Below are positions 1 to 13,067 of a stretch of 64,000 nucleotides of DNA, piece after piece. Source of the stretch: Perkinsus chesapeaki ATCC PRA-425 (lineage: Eukaryota > Protista > Perkinsozoa); assembly GCA_013115145.1 (NCBI GenBank), contig JAAPAO010000006.1:62001-126000 (forward strand), read 5' to 3'. The position numbers were made by a program, and so were the translations under genes. The notes beneath the pieces were generated by a model, which had not been told where the DNA came from, made no database searches, and was given only the letters and a program-made list of their open reading frames with translations. The first letter of the stretch is position 1. Every line of letters starts with the position of its first letter.

Positions 1-790
1 AATTTATAATTTCCTTTCCATGTTGGTGGTGATTTAAATTCATCTCCGATATCATATTCTTCACGACCATTGAATCGGACTTCATGCTCGTTGGGCTTCA
101 ATGGGTCTGGATCCTCCTTAACCACTGATGCAGTAGCTCGGAATACCTATGAAATTGAATGCTTCACGACGATTAGGTTGCCACCGAAGAAATCATCGAA
201 TTTTTTTATCATTGTTTTTCTCACCAGTTTGCCCTGCTCATCCAGCCAGTCGTTCTTTTTAGAGAGTTCAGATCGGTGAGCAAATCTCCTCCAACCATTA
301 GATAGCCCAGGATATACGAACCTCGAGAATTCCTTCGCCTAGATGAAAGGTTGCGGTGGATCAGAACAATATCATTACGATGGACCTGGACTGGTCAGTG
401 TGGTTCACGAGCTCTATACTGTATTTCACTTTGGATCCGAGAGGGAAGACGTTCACTGAACCTACACGAAGAGGGGAATAGGGATCCCCCGAGGGATACA
501 ATTCGTGCGTGTGGTCATGTCACACTCACTAGTAACACTAATGATAACAGCCGTTCACGAACATGAACTTCGGGTTGGTATTCTTCGAGGTTTCTAATCT
601 CAAGTTCAATCTCCGAGATTAAATATATTATCTCACGGATTGAGTCACCACTTAATCCAAAGTTCCAATCCACTATCGAAAGCATCATTTGCAGAGCTGT
701 GATCATGTCACGATAATCGTACTACCTTTCTTCTCCTCGAAATAAACGTAAGCCGCCAAGTATCCCGCCTTGCTAAAGGGAGCGCCTTTG
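1..790 (-). CDS. Tandem MATH (TRAF-like) domain protein, paralog B (3' end runs off the window; 5' end unresolved)
   Basis: Spliced exons read KAGYLAAYVYFEEKK / SVNVFPLGSKVKYSIELVNHTDQSRSI / GWRRFAHRSELSKKNDWLDEQGKL / ...HEVRFNGREEYDIGDEFKSPPTWKGNYK. Bases 1-170 are clearly homologous to 2467-2630. Confidence 0.7.
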
Positions 791-1465
791 AGTTTCACGT
801 GTACCTGACCACCACTTTTTGACACCGTCTATTTGACAGGAATCGCGGACAGCTGGGCAATGACAACCTGACCGTCACCAGCCGTATCACATGCTTAACA
901 TTAACATTAAGTTGTGAGATTCAACGAAACCTTTGCAGTCAGCAGCGACGCTCACTCACGTGGTAGCTGAAGAATTCTGTCACCATTGCTGGGGATTTCA
1001 CAACGGTGCTTTCATCGTTGGGGTCGACTTGGAATTCCATGGTCACACTTGAAAGAGAATGCTAACAATGAGGGGAACGCCACGAAGAACAGGAGATGTT
1101 CGCATGAAACTATCATGATTGAAGAGTCTCTCAGAGAGACGAACTGGTCCGAGTCTGACAGATGCTGGGTGAACTCGAAACGGTCATAAAAGAACCTCAA
1201 TATCACGCTCAGATCTAGAAGTACCGTCAAACCCACATCGAAAAGACCACAGAACGAGGACCAAAATCAACGCCAATCTATCGCTGATATACGAAAACAC
1301 TTTCTGGTGAAATAGCAGGCAGATGCTTATATCATACTGGATCGCCGATCTCACAGAGGAGTTACTCCGCCGGAGTACTCCCACTCTAGCACGCTTTCCT
1401 CCAGACTTTGGTCGCTGATCATTCTTGGGCTTCTGCGCCAATACTCCGACTAGAACGAAATAGGT

Positions 1466-3282
1466 TTATAGACAGTTCAAGTTCATCGCAAGTACTTGAG
1501 AGCATTGAGATACAATTTTAGGAGGAGGCGCGCCTCCAGCCATGACCGGAAGTACAGCTGCTCTGATTACCTGCCATGTGGCTAGCATTTCGCTTGTCAC
1601 GCGAACTCGTCTCAATAGCGTAATATACAGAGAGAGATACTCACAGAGTGATACTCACAATCTCTTGATCCTCATTTAGCCAGCCACTCCCCTCTTTCCG
1701 TAAGGCTTCGAGAGGTATTAGTTCAGGGCAGCCCCAGCTGCTTCTGAGGGTGTCGAAGGTGTGAATTGCCGTCCACTTCTGAGAAACACCTCGGACTGAG
1801 CTCAGCACCAAAAAGCTGGAGCGTTCGCGCATTTCTCTTGCATCCATAGCACAGCCACGCCCAGGCATATATACGTTCCACCTACTGTTATACACTATCA
1901 GCAAACAGTAAGGCCTATCAAAATGCGCCCCGAAAATGCTCACAATGCTCTGCTTGAAGTCTTTGTGATTTAACGCTTTCATCTTCAGCTGCACCCCACA
2001 ATCCTCTCCAGTATCTAGAGAAGCCTAAATACCAGAGAACGTCTATGCTACCCCGGACTCGACGATATGCGACTGGCTACGATGTTGGAAGTAACGTGTT
2101 TACACGGCAAGGAGACGAACTTCGACTGCCCAGTAGGCAGTGCCTACTCTCCCCATCACAATGTGCCTAGTTAGTTACTATGCTTTACTGAATAGAGTAT
2201 TTCGAAGGTTACAGTAACCAGTAACAACGCTAATGCAACGTTGTTCATTGTTAGGTTAACCAGTATGCCTGGGATGAATCTCACCTAATCTATCCAGAAG
2301 ATGAATGTATGCGGCAAGGAATGGCTGCTGCTTTGGATTTGTGCTAATACCTCCAGGATATACCGCTACCTAAAAGAAATTACAACGTCTTCTCTGAAGA
2401 GCCTGAAATCTTGCTCAGTTTTAGATCGTCGAGTCCAGCAGTTCACCCACTTATGGCCTACTTGAAATTTATAGTTTCCTTTCCATGTTGGTGGTGATTT
2501 AAATTCATCTCCGATACCATATTCTTCACGACCATCAAATCGGACTTCATGCTCATTGAGATTTAGTCGATTTGGATCTTCTTCAACCACTGATGCACGG
2601 ATTTGGAATATCTTCCAGACCACGTTTCCAAATGCGAGGTCACATAGAGCGTACAATGTTATCCTGTTGGTCCAGCCATATTTTCTTATCTGCCAAAGCC
2701 TCTCGTTCGACAAATTTTGGCCATCCCCATATGAGGCTGGGATAAACCTTTCTACAGAAGCTTTTCACCTAGCAAGTAAGGAAATCACTACAGGGCACGC
2801 CATTTCGCGTTCTCCGAGACTTACAATAGGCCTCGATGCATCCTGATGGTTTAGAATGTGAACTTCCATCTTTACATCTCTCCCAAGCGGAAAGGCTTTA
2901 TACGAACCTGCAGTCACACCGAGCTAACCCCATACACAACGCTGGATAGTACACAAGCACACAACGGTGCTTCGACAACAAGTATACCCCACCTACCCTT
3001 CTTTTCTTCGAAATGAAGAAACACGCCAAGATAATCCTCGGAGTTGTTACTCTGGCGTACTTCAACCTTAAAAACAATTAGGGAAGTGACTACAAAACGT
3101 TTGCTGCAGGCAAACCCGTACAGATGATGTAACTAGAAAGATTACCCGGAAGTTAAAGGACTCAGTGGTCATCACTGGAGAGACCATGGTTTCCTTGGCC
3201 GAAGCTGGCACTTGGAACTCTGCAGTCAGGACTCCTTAAGAGAGATATTCGGTATCCAAGCCTAGCGAAACGCACCTTCCAT
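1466..3282 (-). CDS. Tandem MATH-MATH domain protein, paralog A (multi-exon)
   Basis: MATH motifs across exons: VEVRQSNNSEDYLGVFLHFEEKK, GWPKFVEREALADKKIWLDQQDNI, VYPGGISTNPKQQPFLAAYIHL, MKALNHKDFKQSI, SWGCPELIPLEALRKEGSGWLNEDQE. ATG at 3282 is followed by a 41-nt intron; the C-terminus is approximate. Confidence 0.75.
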
Positions 3283-3517
3283 AGCTTGGGGAGGGAGAAG
3301 GAACACCATTACAAAGAACTTGCTACCGAGGAGTGACTGCTCTATGAGAGACAATGGATTGGAGGCTGCGTTGGTGACGAAAACACTGTGGCTCTGGGTC
3401 ACTAAAGACGTCATCGCGGTGCAAAGACACTCTCCTTGGTCCTCTAACGCAACTGTGAAGATATAATACATGTCAAGCTTTCTAGATACGAGTAACAATT
3501 TAACATGTCCAGGAATC

Positions 3518-6500
3518 TCAATTAACCCCACCAAGGGCGACCACGGGCTCCGTCCAATCCATACCGAATAGCTTCTCAAGGCACTCCAGGGGAAATGCCA
3601 CAGCCGTAAGATTAAGTTCACGGAGCGCGACTGTGCCTACACCATACATGCGCCTAGCGGGAGGTGAGTCACCTCAGGCGACAGAAGCACTGCAGAGGAA
3701 AGGTTACTAGATTTGCTAGGGATGGAGCATCCCATCAACTCCATGTCTTTCACGGCCCACCAGTTTTCATCATACCTGAGCGGTTCTACCAGGAACCATA
3801 CTGGGGCGGAGCTGCGCAGAATGTACATGTCTAGATACACTGAAACCGTGTCATCTCTGCTGTCTACGGCCGAGAACCATACAGGATCCCATCCAGAATA
3901 GTCGGCACAAATGCGAAGCACCTTGGGTTCCCTGAGGTAGTGCAACACCAGCATGGTGGTAGCAGACAATAGCTACCACTCATCAAGAGCTGTAATGTAT
4001 CTTCTCCGTCCACCACCGGAGGATCGCCGTGCCAACTCCAGCGCTATACTGGACCAATTAGCTGCACTAACCACCAAGTCAATGTCTCGAGTGTGTGGCA
4101 GATGGTCCTTCTCGCGAACAGCTCCTAAATGCCCTCACCATAAGTGTAGCCCTCATCCCTATCGGCCTACCCAGTAGAGTTCCATAAATTGGTGTATAGG
4201 ATATGGTCAACGAATTTAGAACGTCCAATATATCCCGCAGGATTTGATGTTGAAGATCAGAGCAGCATAGGACGCCAGAGCTAGACATTGTATCTGATAT
4301 CTGTACACATTGTAAAAGGACCACATAGATGCAACCTCACGACGTTCTGGACTCTGTCCTTGTAGCTATCCTTGCAACTCCCATGTCGGCTGCATGGTGG
4401 TGTCCGACACAACAGATCAGCGGTACTCGTCATTGAAAGTGGTTCACTGCTCAGAGGGAGGTTGCTCACACCAGCTGCAAGAGATGCCTGAATCTGGTTC
4501 TCGTAGATGGCTTTTAACGTATCTTCTGGTGTACGCTGTCTCTCATTGAAGATGCTTTCCATACGTTGATGTATGTACAGATTCAAAAGTATGACTAATA
4601 CAGTTGTTTGAAGGAACTGGGACCAACCACCAGTAACCAGGGCGACTCCTAATAACGCTGTGAGTAGTAACTCAGATAGGTGCCCATCCAGTATGGCTTG
4701 AAAGCCCGGAAAGAACACACGTGCCGGAGGGGTTACAGATTGCTGTAGCATTTCCGCAGAGTCTATGAGCTGCTTCACCCCAATCGTCCAGGTACTCATG
4801 TCATAGTAACCTTCTTCTGTAACCCCACCAGTGATCCACAATCTACCATGAAATACGGTGGCACCAGCAGACAGGCGTGTACCACTTGGGAAGGTGACAG
4901 AACGGTACCATTTCGGAGTAGGCTCTGCTAGGTCTAATGAGTAAATACTGGAGTACCCCACAACAGCGATCCAAGCTCCAAGTCCTAGCGAGACCAAAAC
5001 CGGTTTACTGTGATCAAGTCGGAAAGGCAAAGGCGAGCATTGATGCCAGTTCAAATAGCGGTCGGTAGGGCAGAAAACGCGGGAGTCAATACCGAGAATA
5101 GCAACTTGGTTAGAAGCAACTACTGTGCCGATGCAACCTTCAAACGGTAGTGTATGTTCTCCTTTTCTCCACGTGTTGTCGAGGTTACGAAACCATACAT
5201 CACACAAGAGCTGACCACTCGCAGATCGCCCACCAAAAACTGCTAAGTCACCAAAGGGCTGTAGTAAGACACCGTGGCAGTGTCTTCCGCTGACTTCTGC
5301 TGGAGCACTCCTCGTTATACACTTCAAAGCACCCTGTTTTCTTAGGTTACAAGCTAAGTGTGTCGCGTTGCCAAGATCAGTGAGACCACCATAGATTTCA
5401 ATTCTATCCTCTTGCGCCAATACTTGGTGATAACTCCTGCCACTTGAGAGCCCTTCAACTGGCAGTTGCCGCCATTTGCGCATCGAGGTATCGAATTGCC
5501 AAATGTCATCAAGGCGTCCTAACGGGACATCTCGTAAAGCTACAGAACTTCCAAGGTCACCACCTATATTAACTTCTCGTGACATATATGCCTCAGTGAA
5601 TGAACTATTTACAACACCATGGCCACCCACTAGAAGAAGGCGTTCTCCCATTACCACCAAGCTGTGGCCAGCACGGGGCGACCACTCATTAGAACTATAA
5701 CTCATCCGACACCAATCGAGAGGGTCCGCCGAGCATTCCCATGAGAACAGGGAATCATCATCCGCGGTGAAAAGGGCAACATTACTCAACTTTCCTTGAT
5801 TATAATGGATGTGGGCCGTGCAGCTCATGCTTGATAGTTGGCATCTCTGGGATCGAACATCATAATTACCGGATCTACACAAAATGTTGTGAGCGCAACG
5901 ATCGGCACACTCCTTTAGGCTCTCTGTGAACCGGTTCAACAAATCCTGCCATACTTCACAGTGTGCTCCAAGTGGAACGTAACGAAATACTATCGGAAGA
6001 GGTATAAGCCTGTCTAGTTCATCATCTTTGTCATTCTCCGATACAAGATCCGACCGCCGGGAAGAAAAACCATCTACAGGTAGACGAGTGATGCCATCGT
6101 AGTGAAGGTTACGTGCCCAGACAATACTTATAGCAAGATATTTCAGTTCACCACACCTATTGCATCTTTCAATAGCGGGAGCCCTTGGCGTCCATACCAG
6201 CGGTTGAGGTTCTGGCTGACGAGCTGTCAGAGCATCAACAAGGTCGCTGCTGCCAAGAAATCTCAGGGTTTTTAAGACTTCTTTGCCGCCTATTATGAGA
6301 CTCGACAGTAGCATATAAAGACGCTCCTGCTCTGAGAGTCGTGGCTGCACCCACCATTCCACTGACCTTGGCTCCCCCTGAGCTCTACCCGATCGTTGGT
6401 CAGACATACACGTTCTGAGTATGTCACGCGCTTGAGTATGAAGGTGGTCTAACACTATCTGAGGCACGCTTTCATGCAGCCAACATTTGAGGATGTATTT

Positions 6501-6713
6501 GGGGATAAGACGTAGGAGGGCATATCGCTCAACCGGGACACGTGAGAGAGTCGGAGCCTGGGAGGGGAAATGATTCCCTTGCCATGAAGTAAAATCGAAG
6601 TCAATATGATCTTCTATGCCACCCAACTTTTGCCTGGTGGGCAAAGACCACTCTGCCGACGAACCCACCGATTGGGAGAGAGCAGAAAATGGTAGGATTA
6701 AACAGAACCTCAT
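3518..6713 (-). CDS. Signal peptide + Kelch beta-propeller + TM hairpin + LicD/fukutin-type nucleotidyltransferase domain
   Basis: Exon 1 (6713-4341, 791 codons) has Kelch repeats (PRAGHSLVVMGERLLLVGG, GRSYHQV..IEIYGG, GRHCHGV..LAVFGG, AGATVFHGRLWITGG) and a hydrophobic pair (LLLTALLGVALVTGGWSQFLQTTVLVILLNLYI). In-frame introns 4301-4340 and 4125-4170 assemble YGTLLGAVREKDHLPHTRDIDLVV. Later exons give RICADY, VYLDMY and AFPLECLEKLFGMDWTEP. The ORF-track start at 6752 is TTG; the first ATG is 6713. Confidence 0.8.
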
Positions 6714-7055
6714 ACGAATCCCTATGAAGGCAATAGTAAGAAAATAAACCAATGCTCCGCTAGCTCTAGCATTTCAGGTGTTTCATGCGAAATGATTGAG
6801 ATTCGTCTGAGCATGCGATACATTATCATTATCATGCTTATCAGGTCTTTCAGATGTTGAACGTTGACCAACGTTTCCCAAAGCCCATCAGCTACCATCC
6901 TTGACTACTAGTTAACGCAATAACGTGCTTTCTAATAACAAACCACTATCAACCACTATCTTTGCTATGCCTGTTGGCAACATACCACATAAGACATTAT
7001 TTCAGCAAGATGGATTACATCAAGCTGTGTACTCGATAAGAATATTTTCACAATC

Positions 7056-9004
7056 TTAATGATGGTGGACATCTTCAGCTGGCTCCAATCTATAAAGATG
7101 TGGTTCAAACTTCCTAGCCAAATGCCATTGCTGGTCTACGAAGAACTGTTCACTCTTCAGTTGAGCGATTGGCGCTGGAAGCTAACATGATAAACTCTGG
7201 ACTGTAGAACTGAAGCGCCAAGACTCACCCCGGTGGTAACTCCACGCATATGTCCAAGTGTGATTGCCATATGGACAGTATCAGGACGCCTGTACCTAAA
7301 ACACGAAAAAATCTACATTAAGAAGACTGCTGTACCTGACTTACATTTTCGGGGAGGTACCAAGCTCTTGCTGAACGATGTTCTCGAGCGCGGAGTCGGC
7401 CTGTCCCCTAGGCCAGTTCGGAGGCTTGCCCACTTGAGTGCCAGCTGTGGCCATCATCTTCTCCTCGTTTACCTATCAGCACTCTTTCTACTTTTCAACA
7501 ACCGTGTCAGCTTCTTACCGTGTTACAGTCACCAATGGCGAATATATTCTGATGTCCGGCGACCTAAGACATTAAGCACAAAGTCTACACTTAGCAAACG
7601 CTTGCGGGTATCCGCCTACGTGGAGGAAGTCATCAACTTTGACTCTCCCGCGATTGTCGAAAACATCATCAGGCAGTCCAGTAGCACCTCGCAACCAGCT
7701 GGTATTGGGTTCAGACCTGTCACGTGGAAAATGCAAATACATATCCAAGTTGAGGATTCAAGATTAGGTGAGACATTCGAAGGAGAGTCTAATGTCAGAT
7801 GCCGTGTAGGACACTCGAAAGGCGATCTCGACTTACCCCATACATAGGAAAACAAGATCTGGCTTGGCTGAGGAACCATCAGAAAACTGAACTTCACCAG
7901 GATCTGGCAGAGGACGGGCTCAAATGAACACTAAAGAGGCTCCGAATTTTACTTTTGATAAATGGTTTGTCCTTGAACTGTTCCCTAGTGATATTAGTTG
8001 CACTTACACCAGAACGTATGTATATCTTCAAATCTTATAACTCCCAAGCGAGCAGTTTTAGACTTACCCCAAGGCCCTTCAGTTCTGTCTCAACCTGCTC
8101 TATAAAGTCAAAAGGCAAGAATCTGATAATATCACTATGCAGGAGCAACGAGCTGGCTGACATCTACCCTTCACGACCCGTAGCAGTGGCCGGCTGGAGG
8201 ATTCGGTTGCCCTTTGTGACGATGCTCAGTTTCTTACTGGGATACTTCTGATTGATCTCACCAATTATCTCGATAGCTACTGGACCACCTCCGATGAACA
8301 TCTAATAGCCATTAATGAAACATAGAGCATCCCACCCGACCTACAATCTCCTTTGCCTCTTCAATGGCCTTAGCACTCTCTTGGTAAAAGTCGAGAATCT
8401 GCTTAGTCATCGTATAGGCTAAATTATAAACAAATATGTATCGTATGCGGAGAAAGGTTATCAGCAGGCTTACAGACAGGAGGATCTGCCGGACCAGTAT
8501 TGACAGCCCCAGTAGCAATAACCAAATAGTCGTATGGTACCGTCTGGCCACCATCTACTATCACCGTGTTGTTAGGGACATCAATTCCGATAGCCTGAAT
8601 AGGGTAGAGAGACAAACTGACTGAGAGCAACAGATATGACAACTTACTGGCTTGAAGATTTGCTGTACGTTAGACTTGAATAAAGTGTTTTGCGGTATAA
8701 CCATATGTTTGCCCCACTCAGGTCTCACACAAGCTCGAACACCACCAATCTGATAAGGAATGGCTATTCAGCAAGGCCAGGTGATTTGCCTACCTTATGG
8801 ACCAAACCAGCGTATCGAGCTTCAATCTGTGTTACACCAGTGAAAAGATCCTGGCCTAGGATCGTAGCCCCTTGGCCAGCATAGCCACCACCTGAAAGGA
8901 ACAGCAGATGTCCATAATGTACGATGAGTGATATCCATACCAACAACGACCAGCTTCTTATTAGATTGGAAATTACGAGGCACTGCGCTGAACGAACTTC
9001 CCAT
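7056..9004 (-). CDS. AIFM2/FSP1 (AMID)-like FAD/NAD(P)H oxidoreductase with N-myristoylation motif
   Basis: Starts MGSSFS. Motifs KKLVVVGGGYAG (intron 8892-8940), VPYDYLVIATG, IMFIGGGPVAIEIIGEI, PDLVFLC, PNTSWL, GRVKVDDFLH, NIFAIGDCN. Confidence 0.85.
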
Positions 9005-9277
9005 GGCTGATGAAGTGTAACAGGCTGAGGGAGAGTGTACCAAAACAATGAACAACTCAAGGGCTGAAATGTATTAATATAAAACTATGAATTTGGACAC
9101 AAAGACATAACACAATGTAACAGCCTAATAATAGTTTGTAATGGTCAGTTAAATATTCGATGTTTAACGCGCTAGACCGAACCTGATGATTTGTGAACTA
9201 CCACAGTATTACCAGAATACTTCGCTTACCTCCTCGCTGAGGCCTAACATTAGATTTGAGCTCACCAACTGGACTGG

Positions 9278-12200
9278 TTAATCTCTCTCGGTCATGACGC
9301 ATCTTCTCAATCTCTGTTCTAAGTGTTTGAACGTATATTGGCGCATACCTACGAACAGCACCCGTTCATATACCCTCAAAGGTATACAGCGGCAGATATA
9401 TGGGATAATGAACTTACACGCACATATGGTCTCCAACAAAAGACAAGAAAACCTGCAATAGTAGCCGCATCTTGCCCTCTACAAGTGATAATGTCCATGG
9501 TTGTTTCCCTAAAAGAATAACATCTCGTATTAAGTTGCATAAATTCCCTGTACCTAGACAACCTCTAGGCAACAACATAACTGCAAGTTTTGCCCGAGCA
9601 GCTTCGGTGTTGGCTGGTGAGTCTCCCGCTAGAGGTGTTCTTGGGCTCTTCGGCACTGACACAGCAGAAGCATAGACTCTACAGGTCATTGTATACTCTA
9701 GCCCTACCTTCGGTACTCTCAGCATCACCTTGCGAGACCTCAGCAGTCTTTGCAGGGACTGCAGTCGGGCCAACTACTTGGGATGAAGGCTCTCCTGCCT
9801 TTTTAAGGGCTTCTTCAAATGATTTCTCAACCCTAGACGACAGCAAGCGTATGACTGCTGTTTGCTGGCCTGTAGGTTTCTCGATATCTCTTTGACACCT
9901 ATCAGTACATTTATTAACACAATATAAACCCCCAATCCCACCCATTGAGAGCAGTGATCATACGGTCCATCTTTCCATTGTCAATCAGTTCAGTTCGTAT
10001 ATCAAGACCAACCTGACCCACACTCCTCCACTCAATGACATAATGAAATCTACCTCAGACATAGCGCTCATAATTTCGTGTAGCAGTTCATCAGATGTCG
10101 TCTCTTGATCTGCTCTATCTGACTTTGACGCTGGCTTCCGCCCGGGATGCTGCTTCTCTGGCATTGTTGCCAACACCTAACATAGGGCGATCCCTACGTA
10201 CACGAGCCCTACTTATTTCTCACACTCTTTGCTTCAATAACCCTCCATAAGTTGTCAAACATCGTTGTCATAACAGGTACATTTGTAGTCAACTTTGTGG
10301 GTAGTTTAAGCTGATGCAGTACTACTGCGATAGCCGCAAGTTCAGCTATTGCCAGTAGCTCATGGGCGAATTGAATGAGTCGAGATGTATCAGGCCTCAA
10401 AGGCTCTGGTATCTACTCATCAGTTAATCGAATAATGAAATGTAACTGTAGCTACCTCGTGACTATCACGTAAGGTGTCCTTATCAACACCATGGCAGCA
10501 TAGCTCGGCTAGCTCTAATAGAAGTAATCTGAGTAGTAAAGCAGGTGAATTTGAATCAACTAAAACCAGGACTTACCGTCCGGCCAGCTGGTGCATTAGA
10601 GCCTCCGATTTGAGGCTTGCCTCCACAATACTATCCGCACTCTCCCCTAATTTCAGTAGACCACTACGGAACATTTTCTTTGTGGCTGACATATCCACCA
10701 CACCAACATCGATCATCTGATAGATGCGAATCATGAAACCAAGTTCACGGACAGTTACATACCCTCATGAAGTGCTCGAATTCAAGCTGCCGTCTCTCCT
10801 TCATTGTTACCTACACAATACAGACATCGATAGCTAAACCATACTCGTGCATGAGATCACTCTAGAGACAATTTTCTTGCTCGAAACTTGAGGAGCAATA
10901 TCGAGCCAGAGCTGCGTTATCAAATATCCTACAGTGCTTACATATCAGAAAAACAAGAGCACTAATACCATGTATTTGCCCCTTCGGTGTCCCATAAACT
11001 ACTTGTGTTGTCCTATAGCTTTGTAGCTCTGCCTCGAGCACATCACACTGCTCAAACAGGAATGATAACGAGTCTACAATCTCCTTGTGGAAGGCATTCA
11101 TAGCCTCCTGTAAAGAGACACATACCATCATTAAAGCCCAACAGGGTGGCTACCTCTGGGGAATCGTACTCACTCAAAGCTGGCTTTTTCATGATGTCGT
11201 TCTCGAACCATTCAACAGTTTTCTTATGCGACGCTGGCGACTCCAGCCTATATAACATATCAACTACTACCCGCAGCACCTACAGCGGAAGAATAATACA
11301 CCATACAACCAAAGACGTGCTTAGTTAGCTACCTGTACGAAGGTCTCGCGATCGAATGCCTGATGTTGTATCTGCTGCTTCAGTAACTCTAAATCAAGTC
11401 GAGACGCAAACTCGGGTTGGCGGGCCTAGACAATGGAAATATCAGGAGTGGTATTAAACCACTTACTACCTGCGGCAGAAAACTGCACATGCGTGATCGA
11501 AGTTCAGACAGTCGTGCGAAAACAAAGGAGTAGTCTGGTGGTCGTTTCTGTAGATCCTCTCTATGCAAGTCCCAAAAGGCCCTGCGGTAGAAAAGCAGTC
11601 GCAGACAAAAGCTCCCAGCTAAGTCGCTAACCTCTTAAATGTCTTAGCAATCCTATCGGCCATTTCCTTCTCTTTATCATCAGTGAAGGCTTGGTCCATG
11701 TATCCCGTTGTACCAGACCACGTTAGCTCCGGGCAGGTACGCACTAAAAGCCAGCGTGGCAAAAGTAGGGAAGAAGATAAAGCTTACAAGTGTGATAAAA
11801 TAGCCATTCACTAGTAACAAACGATAGAGCATTAGACAACTGCTTTACGTTACGTAAACCCGCCTCTCCCATTCGAACATGAACCTGTCGTGCGGACGGT
11901 TGATGTATCTACCATGAGCAATCTTATCTACCCACCTCAGCAATCAGTGCCCTGAGACGATCCACCATCTTCGCGGGTGGGTATTGCCCATGGGCAGCTA
12001 TATTACGTAGTAAACTGATGCGAAAATAAATACCGATACATCGAGCTTTTACCTGTCAACTTCATCCACTAACTTCTGTTTGCTACGATTCAGAGATCGT
12101 GACTCGTCCAGTAGGCTTTCGCTACGGTTGATACTGATAGAAGAAGGGTGAAAGCAATGACATATCCTATTCAGTATTACCTTTTAGGCACAGATCTTGT

Positions 12201-12650
12201 GCTTTGGCTATTACGGTCACTACTCTCACTGGGAGGGTCTGGACTAGGCTTTAGAGTTGGCTGAGGGGTGGACGAGGCCGCTGTTCTAAGGCAATAATGC
12301 ACTGACTGTTACAGGGAATATGACTACCCAGTTGACTGTAGCTTCTGAGGAGCTTGGAATATCTTACGAGGGGATGATATAGATTCCATCTCACTCGACG
12401 ATACGCTCTCTGGCCGCTGCTCGTCTTGGTTTGTGCCTGCCGGTGTGTTGGGTGGTGTGGGATCAGCTCCCTCTTCATTGGCTTCCTGTGAGCTGCCACA
12501 GTCACTTGACTCTTTATCATCATCTCTTTGACTTTGATAAATCTTATAGGCACTGTAGCCCGCAGCTGCAGTTAAACAAACCGCACTAATGACTTTGATA
12601 ACAGTGGACAGACCAGAACCGGTAGAAGTACTACTATTTGACGCTGGCAT
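9278..12650 (-). CDS. T-complex protein 11 (TCP11/SOK1) family protein with N-terminal hydrophobic anchor
   Basis: Spliced motifs AFWDLHREDLQKRPPDYSFVFARLSELR, SRLDLELLKQQIQHQAFDRE and DMLYRLESPA match the TCP11 domain. N-terminal segment VISAVCLTAAAGYSAYKIY. Confidence 0.8.
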
Positions 12651-13067
12651 ACGTAAAAATCATAACACTAGGCAAAGTAGATCGCCCTACTCTACGGCAT
12701 CACGAGCCAACGAACGATGCCGGCATGACCTAATTTGCATCTTTCGTCTATCGCTCCGTCTCCTGGGAGTAGCGCGCGCCTGGCACAACGAACTCTGAAG
12801 AAGTTGTTGCAATACCGTTATTGAGGCTGCGTATTTTGCAGGGGTTAGTCTGTTAAGAGACGTAATAAGTCAGCAAGGGTAGTTTAGGTTAGAAAAGTAA
12901 GATTAGCATCTGCGCGAAAGAATATGATATAAATGAAACGTGGGACGCCGGGTTACCCGTCTGTTAACAGTCAGAAGGAATAATCCACTTCTATATTAGA
13001 GCATTTACTGGCATGCACACTTTCATCCCGAAATTGTATTACGGCGACTTAGTTGATTATTGTTAAT

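Noticed and set aside
515-706. 63-aa coiled-coil-looking ORF
   Set aside because: Falls inside the intron between two MATH exons that match paralog A.
3262-3621. 119-aa minus ORF
   Set aside because: The LicD C-terminal motif is in another frame of the same bases; the remainder is UTR or intergenic.
7233-7847. 204-aa plus-strand ORF
   Set aside because: Antisense to exons and introns of the AIFM2-like gene; no recognisable protein features.
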